This document shows positions 39,310 to 48,656 of a stretch of DNA of 61,842 nt, one piece after another. The DNA lies in IMG/VR virus record IMGVR_UViG_3300009466_000202, positions 1-61,842 of that record; one strand, given 5' to 3'. The DNA comes from a virus. Its lineage: Duplodnaviria > Caudoviricetes. The notes under the pieces were generated by a model that saw nothing but the letters and a program-made list of their open reading frames with translations, was not told the DNA's origin and searched no databases. The stretch's first letter is position 1, and every line of letters begins with the position of its first letter. The translations under genes and the position numbers were made by a program.

Positions 39310-39552
39310 CTATTTTTTGAAAAAGTTTCCGCCGTCCATTTCGATGTTGATCGTTTGTGACTCTTTTGCTGTTTTTAGTGCTTCGATTATCTCTTCCTGC
39401 ACAGAAACCAATCTTGTCATAGTTTGTGATAAACTTTGAGCAAGAGCTTCTGCTTCTCTAATTGGCATACTGATTATTTGCTCATTTTTAGCTCGAGCAG
39501 TTCGGTACTTCGCTATAAAATTTTCAATAGGTTGTGTTTGTATTTTAGACAT
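39310..39552 (-). CDS. Hypothetical protein
   Basis: 80-aa ORF ending IEMDGGNF. Confidence 0.6.
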   Translation of the reverse strand: MSKIQTQPIENFIAKYRTARAKNEQIISMPIREAEALAQSLSQTMTRLVSVQEEIIEALKTAKESQTINIEMDGGNFFKK

Positions 39553-39555
39553 ATG

Positions 39556-40170
39556 TTAGATACTTATCTGTAATTTTCTACAGTCTGGATAATCTATTTT
39601 TTGTGCTTGACCTGTGAATGTTTTTATTAATTCCAATCCATTGCTACAATCTTCCAAAGTTGGACAATAATGAAAAGCAGGCCCAAAACTTTGTTGTTCC
39701 GCCCATTCTGTAGGACCTGTCAAAGGATAAGTCTGTAGATCTCTACCATCAGCTCTCATTTTGCTTAATTCTTTGTAGGCAGTTTCGTCATCTAATAGTA
39801 TTGCTCCGACTTTTCCCAAACTCATTGGTTTATTAATTCCAAAACTTAAACATTGTACTTGTCCATTTCTGTACATTTTTTTAACAAGTTTTCTAGCAGA
39901 ATCCCAGATGTTGGTACCACCAAAACGATATTCGCCTATCCATTGTTCATCTGTGAGTTCTAACTCTATACCTATTTTTTTTAAACATTGAATGACTGAA
40001 ACATATGTAAATGCTGTAGAAGAACATTTTTTAATGTTATAGTATCTCATACACAGTTCTATGGCGTGAGTACATCCATCGGTCAAAACTACAAAAGGTG
40101 CCCCGGTAAAATCGGCCAATGATTTTTCAAAATCAAATATTGGTTGGTATGTAATTTTTGTTGGCTTCAT
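39556..40170 (-). CDS. Short DegT/DnrJ-like PLP-dependent protein
   Basis: FEKSLADFTGAPFVVLTDGCTHAI, WDSA and CLSFGINKP..GKVGAIL. Confidence 0.7.
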   Translation of the reverse strand: MKPTKITYQPIFDFEKSLADFTGAPFVVLTDGCTHAIELCMRYYNIKKCSSTAFTYVSVIQCLKKIGIELELTDEQWIGEYRFGGTNIWDSARKLVKKMYRNGQVQCLSFGINKPMSLGKVGAILLDDETAYKELSKMRADGRDLQTYPLTGPTEWAEQQSFGPAFHYCPTLEDCSNGLELIKTFTGQAQKIDYPDCRKLQISI

Positions 40171-40648
40171 TTAATATTTGTTGCATCTCTATTTTTGTTT
40201 TGATAGGACCTTTGTAAGAATATCTTTGTAATGTAATTAGTTTTGGACAGTAGGCCTTCCTCCAACCTTTTGGAAACTGTATAATATAATAACCAGCACA
40301 AAATTGACTTTTACTTTTTGGTGCTTTTGTATATACAGGAAGTTTTTTTTGCACATCGTAAACAGGATTATACGGTTCTTGATTAACAGAATATCCATGC
40401 ACCTCCCATTCTATTTTTTCCTCGTTGTCATTTATGGTTTCGTCGACTGTGTTTTTTAAATCATTTTCAAATATTTTAGAACCAAATCTATCATATAAAC
40501 TTTTTTCTGTAGGAAATTCCTCTCTTTTATCTCTTTTGCTTAAAAAAATCCATCCGTTATTATCTTGTTTTTGTAATGTACCTAATTTTTCTCCGTTTTC
40601 CTCCATGATCCAGAAACGGTCTTTTACAAGTGTTTTTGCATTTATCAT
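40133..40648 (-). CDS. Hypothetical protein
   Basis: 171-aa ORF (SKSQFCAGYY..YCPKLITL). Confidence 0.65.
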   Translation of the reverse strand: MINAKTLVKDRFWIMEENGEKLGTLQKQDNNGWIFLSKRDKREEFPTEKSLYDRFGSKIFENDLKNTVDETINDNEEKIEWEVHGYSVNQEPYNPVYDVQKKLPVYTKAPKSKSQFCAGYYIIQFPKGWRKAYCPKLITLQRYSYKGPIKTKIEMQQILNEANKNYIPTNI

Positions 40649-41628
40649 ATTAATCTCGCATTAAATGGTTCAACATATAATTGTGCTTGATCGGTTATTT
40701 TTACCAAATCATATTTGGCACAAAATTTCATAAAACGTATGCCCACTTGGCTAATTTGTTTGCCTTCGGCTTTGGCTTGATCAATAGTATGATCTAATTC
40801 TTGTATTATAACTTCTGGTTGTGCGTGTAAATCAACTAGTTGCATATTTCTTGTGTAATCTTCTAGGACTCTATGTTCTTGTCCATCTGCGTCCACCCAT
40901 TTACTTAACATTAAATTATTCCATGCGTATCCACGAGAATCCTTGTCTGCAAATGCTTCTGTTAACCCAACTTTATTCTTAGTTCCTTTTGTTCTAACAC
41001 CCGGATATGCCGAAAAGATGTTATCCGAAGGATCACCCCTCATGGCTTTTTGGAACAGCATCCATTCCGGAGGATCTAATCGTTTTGGTTCTTTTGTTTT
41101 ATTATCTATTACGGGTTTTCCTTTCTTGTCAAAAATTCCCTTTATTGTCATTGTTTCTTCTGTTACTCCGTTATATTGAGATACTCTTTCATTCACTAAT
41201 TGATTTAAATCTTTATCTGTACTGATGATCACACATTTTTGATCTGGGTGTCTGTCGATCCAACGAGCAATTAAATCGTCTGCCTCTACTCTAGAATTTT
41301 GTAGCACAGTGGCATTGGTTTTGGTTTTAACGAATTCACAAAAATCATCATAGCACTCCCAGAACAATTTGTTTTCTTCCTGTTCCGCAGTTGTCATTGC
41401 ATCTACTGTTTCTTTTCTATTGGCCTTATAACGAGGATAATAGTCCTTGCGCCAACTCCTGCCTTCTAAACAGAACACAAGATGAGAACCATCAAAATCT
41501 GCCCAGGCTTTCTTAATAGAGTTTAAAGTGATATGCATAGCAAGTCCGATCTTCTCAGATGTATCTCCTCGAAAAACGTGCCTTGCTCTAAAAAAAGTAT
41601 TTGCAGTATCAACTAGTATATGAGTCAT
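40645..41628 (-). CDS. rnh: T4 RNase H-like 5'-3' exonuclease/flap endonuclease
   Basis: LVDTAN, SWRK..YP.YKANR, EADD, STDKD and GDPSDNI. Confidence 0.85.
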   Translation of the reverse strand: MTHILVDTANTFFRARHVFRGDTSEKIGLAMHITLNSIKKAWADFDGSHLVFCLEGRSWRKDYYPRYKANRKETVDAMTTAEQEENKLFWECYDDFCEFVKTKTNATVLQNSRVEADDLIARWIDRHPDQKCVIISTDKDLNQLVNERVSQYNGVTEETMTIKGIFDKKGKPVIDNKTKEPKRLDPPEWMLFQKAMRGDPSDNIFSAYPGVRTKGTKNKVGLTEAFADKDSRGYAWNNLMLSKWVDADGQEHRVLEDYTRNMQLVDLHAQPEVIIQELDHTIDQAKAEGKQISQVGIRFMKFCAKYDLVKITDQAQLYVEPFNARLI

Positions 41629-41635
41629 ACTGTAT

Positions 41636-41663
41636 ATTATAACAGATTGTGTTGTAAAGTCAA
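41636..41663 (-). promoter_or_regulatory. Sigma70-like promoter TTGACT-16-TATAAT (leaderless)
   Basis: Extended -10; ATG 41628 lies 7 nt downstream; no RBS. Confidence 0.7.
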
Positions 41664-41975
41664 TTAAGAAACTTCGGTTTTGCCGTCGTTTCTTCTGTTA
41701 ACTTGAACATAACCACCAGTAACATCTCCTAACCCTTGTTCATTACCGATAGTACGGCACAACGATTGGAACCAACGATCCACAATCTCTTCATGGGATT
41801 CTCCTGTGTATCCATTCTGAGTCAGCATATTGACAAACTCATCATTCCAATCTAACTCAAAGAATCCATTCCTTGGATTGTCTGGATTGACGTTGACATT
41901 GAGAACTTTAACCATGGGCTCTTCGCTCTTGTTTTTTTTCTTCTCAGTTTTCTTTGTGGTTTTTTTAACTTTCAT
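41664..41975 (-). CDS. Hypothetical protein
   Basis: GFFELDWN..IVDRWF core; start refined using promoter spacing. Confidence 0.65.
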   Translation of the reverse strand: MKVKKTTKKTEKKKNKSEEPMVKVLNVNVNPDNPRNGFFELDWNDEFVNMLTQNGYTGESHEEIVDRWFQSLCRTIGNEQGLGDVTGGYVQVNRRNDGKTEVS

Positions 41976-41981
41976 ATTCAT

Positions 41982-42010
41982 AGTATATATTCTTTTTGTT
42001 TGTTAGTCAA
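41982..42010 (-). promoter_or_regulatory. Sigma70-like promoter TTGACT-17-TATACT (leaderless)
   Basis: ATG 41975 lies 6 nt downstream of the -10. Confidence 0.6.
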
Positions 42011-42011
42011 A

Positions 42012-42908
42012 TCAAGTTCCAATTAAATTACCAAACAAGTGAACGTGTACCCTTGCCGCCACATTATAGCCTCTCTGGAACGCTCTTCTCGCCACTTCTC
42101 CTGCTGTGGCCGCCTGTTCTTCCTCTCGGGCACCCACTGGCATTATCCACACGGGGTAGTGTACACCCGCATCTCGGAACAGTTTCAGAACCTCTTCCAT
42201 CTCCTGCCATTGCTCGTCTCGGTCGCCCAGTACAAATTTTAGTTGTCCATTGGGACTGTGTGCCACATAATCCGCCACCACCTCTGGTCGTATCGCTTTC
42301 TCTCGCTTCTCGCCCGACACCATCCACAGTTTGGGAGATACAGAAAAGAATATCTCCGTGCTGATGGGGGATGATATCAGATCTGCGAACTCTGCCGTCA
42401 GCGCCTGCGTTCCATTGGTCTCGAATGTGATGGAAGCGGGAAGATTGTCTCTCTTCTCCAACTCTCGATACACACCAACGAAGGCCTGTTGTGATTGGGG
42501 CATTAGGGGCTCACCACCTGTGATACATAGATGTTGGTGCTGTCCTGACACAGGATGTAGGAACAGACCTTGGGGATTTGAATCGTTCTTCAATATGTCG
42601 ATGACCCGGTCCGCTAACTCTGAGGGAGTGGCCTGACCCATCAGATGCTTGTATTTCTTGGCCCAGGTATAGGAGGAGTCACAGCCCTTGTTCCACACTG
42701 GCAAGTCTTCCACCCGTTTCACCGTGCTGACATCAAATGTGTCGTAGGGCAATTCGTATGTGCTGGGATCTGTGGGATTGATCTGCCCAAATCCATCACA
42801 TTGTAGATTACACAAGAAGAAACGTATCCAGGCAGTGGGCACACCTGTGTAGTGTCCTTCTCCCTGTATGGAATAAAATATTTCTGAATAGTAATATTTT
42901 TTCTCCAT
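42012..42908 (-). CDS. queE: 7-carboxy-7-deazaguanine synthase (radical SAM)
   Basis: SEIFYSIQGEG..TGVP..WIRF..CNLQC...CDS, ITGGEPL, ETNGT and SVSPKL. Confidence 0.92.
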   Translation of the reverse strand: MEKKYYYSEIFYSIQGEGHYTGVPTAWIRFFLCNLQCDGFGQINPTDPSTYELPYDTFDVSTVKRVEDLPVWNKGCDSSYTWAKKYKHLMGQATPSELADRVIDILKNDSNPQGLFLHPVSGQHQHLCITGGEPLMPQSQQAFVGVYRELEKRDNLPASITFETNGTQALTAEFADLISSPISTEIFFSVSPKLWMVSGEKREKAIRPEVVADYVAHSPNGQLKFVLGDRDEQWQEMEEVLKLFRDAGVHYPVWIMPVGAREEEQAATAGEVARRAFQRGYNVAARVHVHLFGNLIGT

Positions 42909-43291
42909 TATTTTTTCTTTTTAGTATCTAACCTAACTATGTTATCGTCTTTAAGATGTCCTACAGATTCTCTTATGATGTCGTCATGATTGAATTCTGC
43001 CCAGTACAATTCAAATGCCTGTCCATCTTCCAGTCCTTCAAAACTATGATACAATCCGGGTTTTACTCGAGTAAAATCACCTGGCTCCAATATAGTCTCG
43101 TCAACTAACTCATAATCTTTTTGCCATACTTTGATCTTCATTTTTCCCGAAATCACATAAAAGCCGTTCCATTTGTATGCGTGATAGTGTTTACTACACA
43201 CCCCGCCCTTTACATAATCTATCTTGTGAAACTCAAGTACACCATTGGCGTGTATCAGTTCTGTTTGTCCCCAAATTTTTCCTGCCTTCAT
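42908..43291 (-). CDS. Cupin-domain protein
   Basis: CSKHYHAYKWNGFYVISG...VKPGLYHSF. Confidence 0.75.
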   Translation of the reverse strand: MKAGKIWGQTELIHANGVLEFHKIDYVKGGVCSKHYHAYKWNGFYVISGKMKIKVWQKDYELVDETILEPGDFTRVKPGLYHSFEGLEDGQAFELYWAEFNHDDIIRESVGHLKDDNIVRLDTKKKK

Positions 43292-43327
43292 GCTCTTATA
43301 CTAACATCCTTTTTCTAGATTGTAAAG

Positions 43328-43795
43328 TTATTTGTCCCATTCTTCCCATGGAAATACTACCCATTGTGGATTTAATGACTTATCTATTTCGTAACCCCAG
43401 TAATCGACTTGGAAGGGAGATGGTTTATTGTTTATTACAGCCGCATATCTAACATTTGAATTGTTCACACAATTATGCCTAATATATTCAAAAGTAGCAC
43501 CAGTATCATTAATATCGTCAATGATTAATATCTTTTCGTTTTTATCTATTGCACGATACAAAGCATTCAAATCAGTTTTATCTGCATGATCTCTTAATCT
43601 TACATCAACCGGTATATGTCTTTTACCTATTCTATGGGATAGATATACTCCGGGAATCACCCCTCCTCTGTTAACACCCATGATGACATCTGGCATCCAA
43701 TTAGAGTGTACCAAATTATCTTCAATCAGAATCAAAGAATTACGCATTTGAATGGTTGTAAAGTATAATTTATTTTTCAGTTTCGTATCTATCAT
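43328..43795 (-). CDS. Purine (xanthine/guanine-type) phosphoribosyltransferase
   Basis: GVNRGG, PRPP loop ILIIDDINDTGAT and WVVFPWE. Confidence 0.88.
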   Translation of the reverse strand: MIDTKLKNKLYFTTIQMRNSLILIEDNLVHSNWMPDVIMGVNRGGVIPGVYLSHRIGKRHIPVDVRLRDHADKTDLNALYRAIDKNEKILIIDDINDTGATFEYIRHNCVNNSNVRYAAVINNKPSPFQVDYWGYEIDKSLNPQWVVFPWEEWDK

Positions 43796-44825
43796 AAACT
43801 CGGTTAATTACATTGTTCACTCTCACAAAATGAGCACATTTGGGCATATCTTTGATCCTTCTTGCTCCGATGTAAGTGCAGGTACTTCTCACTCCTCCTA
43901 GTATCTGCTCAACAGTATCTCGAACAGGACCTCTATCATCTAACACAACGGTCTTACCTTCTGTGCCTCTGTATCCATCTTTTCTCGCACCGTGTGCATT
44001 AAAAGCGGATTCTGAACTCATACCATAAAAATATCTCTTGCCATCTCTCAATTCTGTTTCACCTTCTGCGTGTCCTGCCAGCATTCCACCCAGCATCACA
44101 AAATGAGCACCAGCGGCAAGTGCTTTGGCAACGTCTCCAGATTGTGTGCATCCGCCATCTGCCATTATGTGTCCACCCACGCCATTGGCGGCATCGGCAC
44201 ATTCTATTATGGCTGAAAATTGTGGCACACCTACACCTGTTTGTGTTCTTGTGGTACAAACAGATCCCGGTCCTATGCCCACTTTGACAATGTCGGCACC
44301 GTTGATTATCAACTCTTCTGTCATCTCGGGTGACACCACATTACCCGCTATAATAACTTTGTCTGGATATTCGGTTCTTATTCTATGTAGAAAATCTACA
44401 AATTGTTCGTGATATGCATTAGCGACATCTATGGTTATAGCTGGTACATCTGGAAATAGTTCCATAACTTGTTTCAGTGTTTGATAATCCAAAGATTTCT
44501 CGTCCCATATAGCACCAGTACCTGTACAAGCAGAAACATATTTAAATTTAATGCCCGAACCTGCGGCCTGTTTCCAATCTTCTATTGTGTAGTGTTTTCT
44601 CAACACTGTGAGCATTTTATATTCCTGTAAAACTCTAGCCATGGAGAAAGTACCCACGCCATCCATATTGGATGCCACTATTGGTACGTAGGTTAATTTC
44701 TTTCTAGAATTAATAAAATTAAATTCTCTGTCAATGTCTACATCTCGTCTCGATGACAGTGTGCTTCTTTTAGGTTTTAGTAATACGTCAGAATAATCCA
44801 GATGTACATTATAATCAATTCTCAC
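43770..44825 (-). CDS. guaC: GMP reductase
   Basis: LDYSDVLLKPKRSTLSSR, IDVANAY, KVGIGPGSVCTTR, ADGG, FYGMSS and STCTY. Confidence 0.92.
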   Translation of the reverse strand: MRIDYNVHLDYSDVLLKPKRSTLSSRRDVDIDREFNFINSRKKLTYVPIVASNMDGVGTFSMARVLQEYKMLTVLRKHYTIEDWKQAAGSGIKFKYVSACTGTGAIWDEKSLDYQTLKQVMELFPDVPAITIDVANAYHEQFVDFLHRIRTEYPDKVIIAGNVVSPEMTEELIINGADIVKVGIGPGSVCTTRTQTGVGVPQFSAIIECADAANGVGGHIMADGGCTQSGDVAKALAAGAHFVMLGGMLAGHAEGETELRDGKRYFYGMSSESAFNAHGARKDGYRGTEGKTVVLDDRGPVRDTVEQILGGVRSTCTYIGARRIKDMPKCAHFVRVNNVINRVYDRYETEK

Positions 44826-45084
44826 TTTCTGCCTCCTTTGCTCGGCACATTTTTAGTACCACTCGATAGTGATCCCAGGCCTGTTGTAGTGCAGGATATT
44901 TCTTTTTTAATTCTGTATATTCTTGTATGGCAAACATATCTGGGGTAGCGTGGTCGAATGGACCCACTGTGAACATTTCCGAGTGTGTGGCAGTATAGGT
45001 AGGCCATTCGTTGTCCAAACTCCATACGTCTGGATCATAATTGTTAGTTAGGGATTCAGTCGCCCAATCTTTGTTCTTACCCAT
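44815..45084 (-). CDS. Hypothetical protein
   Basis: 89-aa ORF coupled between folE and guaC. Confidence 0.55.
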   Translation of the reverse strand: MGKNKDWATESLTNNYDPDVWSLDNEWPTYTATHSEMFTVGPFDHATPDMFAIQEYTELKKKYPALQQAWDHYRVVLKMCRAKEAESEN

Positions 45085-45790
45085 GGCCTTTCATACTCAT
45101 ACAAATTTTATAAAACTCGTCTCTGGTTGCAGGATCTTCTTTGAAAGCACCTAGCATAATTGCTGTGGTCATGTCTGATTCGTGTTCTTTGACCCCTCTG
45201 TGTGTCATACAGTGATGTTCTGCTTTGACTACCACTGCTATGTTTGTGGTCTTTGCATATTCTTGCAGTGCTTCGGCAATCTGTGTAGTCATCTCTTCTT
45301 GAATCTGAGGACGTTCTGCGATATGATGCACGATCCTATTGAATTTACTCAATCCAATTACTTCACCGTTTGGAATGATACCCACCCAGGCATTACCCAC
45401 AATGTTTTGGAAGTGGTGAGCACAGGTTGAACGAACAGATATCGGACCTGACGTGTACATACTCTTGTAACCCATGTTTGGGAAACTGGTCACTTTGGGC
45501 ATTGGTGCGTATCTACCACCAAATGTTTCTTTGAGCCACATCTTGGCTACCCTTCTTGCTGTTTCTTGAGTATTATGATCGTTCTCTGTGTCAATTACAA
45601 GGCTATCCAGAAGTGATTGAACTTTGTTTTCCACTTCAATTTGAAGTTTATCTAGTTCACCTTCCTTGATATGTTTTGATATATTATCGTTCGCATGATA
45701 TCGATCGCCGGAATCTTTAATTCTTTTTTTTAAAATTTCTGATATCGATTCTGTTGGTAGCCAACTATCTTTTAGTAGATTTTCTTCCAT
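45077..45790 (-). CDS. folE: GTP cyclohydrolase I
   Basis: TARRVAKM, STCAHH, IGLSKF.R, PQIQE.MT.QI and AEHHCM..RG. Confidence 0.95.
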   Translation of the reverse strand: MEENLLKDSWLPTESISEILKKRIKDSGDRYHANDNISKHIKEGELDKLQIEVENKVQSLLDSLVIDTENDHNTQETARRVAKMWLKETFGGRYAPMPKVTSFPNMGYKSMYTSGPISVRSTCAHHFQNIVGNAWVGIIPNGEVIGLSKFNRIVHHIAERPQIQEEMTTQIAEALQEYAKTTNIAVVVKAEHHCMTHRGVKEHESDMTTAIMLGAFKEDPATRDEFYKICMSMKGHG

Positions 45791-46812
45791 TAGTTTATTT
45801 TCTCCGAATTTGTCTTGTTATACCATTTTACAGCAGTTTGTATTATATTGTCAATAGAACTGTGTTTTGGTTTCCAATTGAGTTCCTTTAATGTTTGTGA
45901 TATGTCTGCAATTAGCGAAGGAGGATCTCCCGGTCTTCTTTCCGATTTCACTATTTTTATAGGACCTACATATTTTTCAATAGTGGATAATATTTCTAAA
46001 TTTGATATCCCAATTCCTGTGCCCAGATTATATCTTTCGCAAATATTTTCGTCATTAATTTTCAATAAAGATTGAATATGTCCATCTGCTAGATCTGTAA
46101 CGTGTATATAATCTCTTACGCAAGACCCATCCGGTGTATCAAAATCGGTTCCGTATAATTTAAACACCGTTTCTTTTTTTGCGGCTTCTATGGCCACCGG
46201 TATAATATGTGTAAATTTTTCGTTTGTTTCATACTGACCAATTTCATTATCTATATCTGCTCCCGATGCATTAAAATATCGAAGACTTACACTTCTCATA
46301 TTATAAGCGACAAAATAATCTTTAAGTATTTCCTCGACAATAAATTTTGTTCTACCATATGGATTTATGGGTTGTGGAATATCGTTAGTTTTACCTATCC
46401 CGTTTTTAGGTATGCCATATGTGGCCGCACTAGATGAGAACACAAATTTACTAACACCCAACGATCTCAACTTGTCTAATAATCTCAAAGTCATAACAAC
46501 ATTGTTGAGATAGTATTTAGATGGATCCGACACACTCTCACCAACTCTAGTGTAAGCCGCAAAATGAATACAACTGTCTATATTGTATCTTTTGATAATC
46601 TCGTCTAACAAATCAATATCTCTAGGCAGATTGATTTCAAAAGCAGGACCATATTGTGTGGCCCATGGTTTAGATTTAATATCTCTATCTACAACTACAG
46701 GCGTAAATCCATTTTTCTTTAACTGCTTGGCTGTATGAGAGCCGATATATCCTGCTCCACCCACAACCAATACTGACTTGTGTATTGTATTAATATTTAG
46801 ACTCTGCGACAT
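45790..46812 (-). CDS. galE: UDP-glucose 4-epimerase
   Basis: GGAGYIGSH, HFAAY..VGESV, SSSAATYG, PYGRTK, LRYFN and DGSCVRDYIHV.DLA. Confidence 0.9.
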   Translation of the reverse strand: MSQSLNINTIHKSVLVVGGAGYIGSHTAKQLKKNGFTPVVVDRDIKSKPWATQYGPAFEINLPRDIDLLDEIIKRYNIDSCIHFAAYTRVGESVSDPSKYYLNNVVMTLRLLDKLRSLGVSKFVFSSSAATYGIPKNGIGKTNDIPQPINPYGRTKFIVEEILKDYFVAYNMRSVSLRYFNASGADIDNEIGQYETNEKFTHIIPVAIEAAKKETVFKLYGTDFDTPDGSCVRDYIHVTDLADGHIQSLLKINDENICERYNLGTGIGISNLEILSTIEKYVGPIKIVKSERRPGDPPSLIADISQTLKELNWKPKHSSIDNIIQTAVKWYNKTNSEKIN

Positions 46813-47959
46813 AATCTCTGTATCTATTGCCATCTCTTCTCCATTTTTCTCCTTTGCCTGTCATGATATCAACCATTCTATCAATAGTACCATCGGTCCA
46901 GTCTGATATTTTTCCTTGATTAACAGGACGTTGTAATAAAATTGTCAATTTGGTATATGCGTCTTCCTTGCTCCATGGAATATACATTCTATCTTTATCA
47001 TTAGCAAATGTTTCTGGAAAAGATCGATATGCCGGAAACAACACATTGCAACCTAGTGTATCTGCTTCAGACACTGTATTAGAAACCCAATCTTGTAAAG
47101 CACAATTAAACATAACTCTCGAATCATTTAATAATTCATAATATTTGTTTTTATTTAGATTATCATAGATCATGAGATCTCCTTTTGCTTGTAATTCATT
47201 GGCTCTAGACAAATATTTTTCATTATTAGATCTTAAAGGTCCTCCTGAGAACACAGCAAATTCAATATCCGGATTAGATTTTTTAACTCTTTGAGCAATG
47301 TCCATAAAAAAGTCTGGTTGTTTTTCCTGATCAAAACGAGCCGCAAAACAAACTCTTTTTGTTCTTTGATCAAACGGTTTTACAACATTATTAACACGTT
47401 CTAAAACTTCTTGTTTACCAAAACTTAATCCTGATATGTTGTAGATAGGAGCTCGCCAATTGGCAATTCTCATATGAGCGATCATTTCTTCATTGGTTGC
47501 TAGAATATGCACATTAGGAATTTCATTACACATCTGTTCGTACAGACTCATCCATTTGCTCATACCCCAAACGTGTACAAAATCATCTGGATCAATTGCC
47601 TGTGCTAGGCATCTTAAAAATATTTTTGGACGATACTGTTCTGGTGATTGTTGAATAATGTATGGTAGTGATTCCATACCTGGTTGAAACATATCCTCAA
47701 AGAATATTGCATCATCGGAGGTAATCTCACCATTCTTCATCATTCTAACTAGATTCATCATTTGACTCATACCAAAGTATGAACGACCGTGTGCATCTAA
47801 CACCTGTCCTGTAACGATTGCTTTAGAATTATCTATGGTTTCGCCTGGCACAACCACATAGTCTATGCCTCTTCTTTTATAAACTCTCTCAGTCCAATCT
47901 GTTAGTTGTAGTGTATATCTACCTTCGTAGGGTTCTAAACCCATGTAAAATATTTTCAT
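46790..47959 (-). CDS. GT-B (GT4-like) glycosyltransferase inside the deazaguanine cluster
   Basis: FAARFDQEKQP and YELL..SRV..NCALQDWVSNTVSEA..LGC.VLFP....FPE form the GT-B C-terminal donor-binding pattern. Confidence 0.8.
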   Translation of the reverse strand: MKIFYMGLEPYEGRYTLQLTDWTERVYKRRGIDYVVVPGETIDNSKAIVTGQVLDAHGRSYFGMSQMMNLVRMMKNGEITSDDAIFFEDMFQPGMESLPYIIQQSPEQYRPKIFLRCLAQAIDPDDFVHVWGMSKWMSLYEQMCNEIPNVHILATNEEMIAHMRIANWRAPIYNISGLSFGKQEVLERVNNVVKPFDQRTKRVCFAARFDQEKQPDFFMDIAQRVKKSNPDIEFAVFSGGPLRSNNEKYLSRANELQAKGDLMIYDNLNKNKYYELLNDSRVMFNCALQDWVSNTVSEADTLGCNVLFPAYRSFPETFANDKDRMYIPWSKEDAYTKLTILLQRPVNQGKISDWTDGTIDRMVDIMTGKGEKWRRDGNRYRDYVAESKY

Positions 47960-48309
47960 TATATTCCTTCTCCTCTGATATAAGGGTTTTCTTTAAAATC
48001 TAATAATTTTTCGTTTTCATTCGGCATACCTACTGATATGTGTGTATGATAACCGTGCATTGGATTAATTTTAACATATTCTTTAATCTGCGTCAATAAT
48101 ATATCTGTGGCATCTATGGCAAGAAATTGATACAGAGGTTCTCCTGCGGCACCATCGTTATATTTCATGTCGAAAACATTCATCACAATGTATCCACCCC
48201 ATTTGAATTGTGGAAAATCTGATAGATAGTTTTCTGCATAGCAACGAAACATTTCGTTCACATTGCACATCACACCTGGTTTAGGTTCGAACATTAATCG
48301 TATTCTCAT
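47959..48309 (-). CDS. Hypothetical protein
   Basis: 116-aa ORF, coupled on both sides. Confidence 0.55.
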   Translation of the reverse strand: MRIRLMFEPKPGVMCNVNEMFRCYAENYLSDFPQFKWGGYIVMNVFDMKYNDGAAGEPLYQFLAIDATDILLTQIKEYVKINPMHGYHTHISVGMPNENEKLLDFKENPYIRGEGI

Positions 48310-48656
48310 TTTCCTACCTTTCTCAATACCACACCACCGTCTTTGGTGTGTTTGATATCATAATCACAGCCCGCAGATAGATGTAGCCAACTGCGTATCT
48401 TGTCGTCTTTTACAAACAAGGTCACAGTGTCTTCCATATCTTCGTTATAACCATTATAGGCCCATATGTAATCTCGACCATATTTGTAACCAGCACTACC
48501 CATATGTGAGCAGACATTGGCCACAGCATCTACGAATGTGTATGAAGCATTGAGGGCACCACCGCCTATGGGTAGATAGCCCATTCTTCGAGTTAATTTC
48601 TTAACTGGTATATTGACTTCCAAATTAACTTCGTTCGTATTTCGCTTTCGAGCCAT
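48306..48656 (-). CDS. Hypothetical protein
   Basis: ORF coupled in the operon; start uncertain. Confidence 0.55.
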   Translation of the reverse strand: MARKRNTNEVNLEVNIPVKKLTRRMGYLPIGGGALNASYTFVDAVANVCSHMGSAGYKYGRDYIWAYNGYNEDMEDTVTLFVKDDKIRSWLHLSAGCDYDIKHTKDGGVVLRKVGK

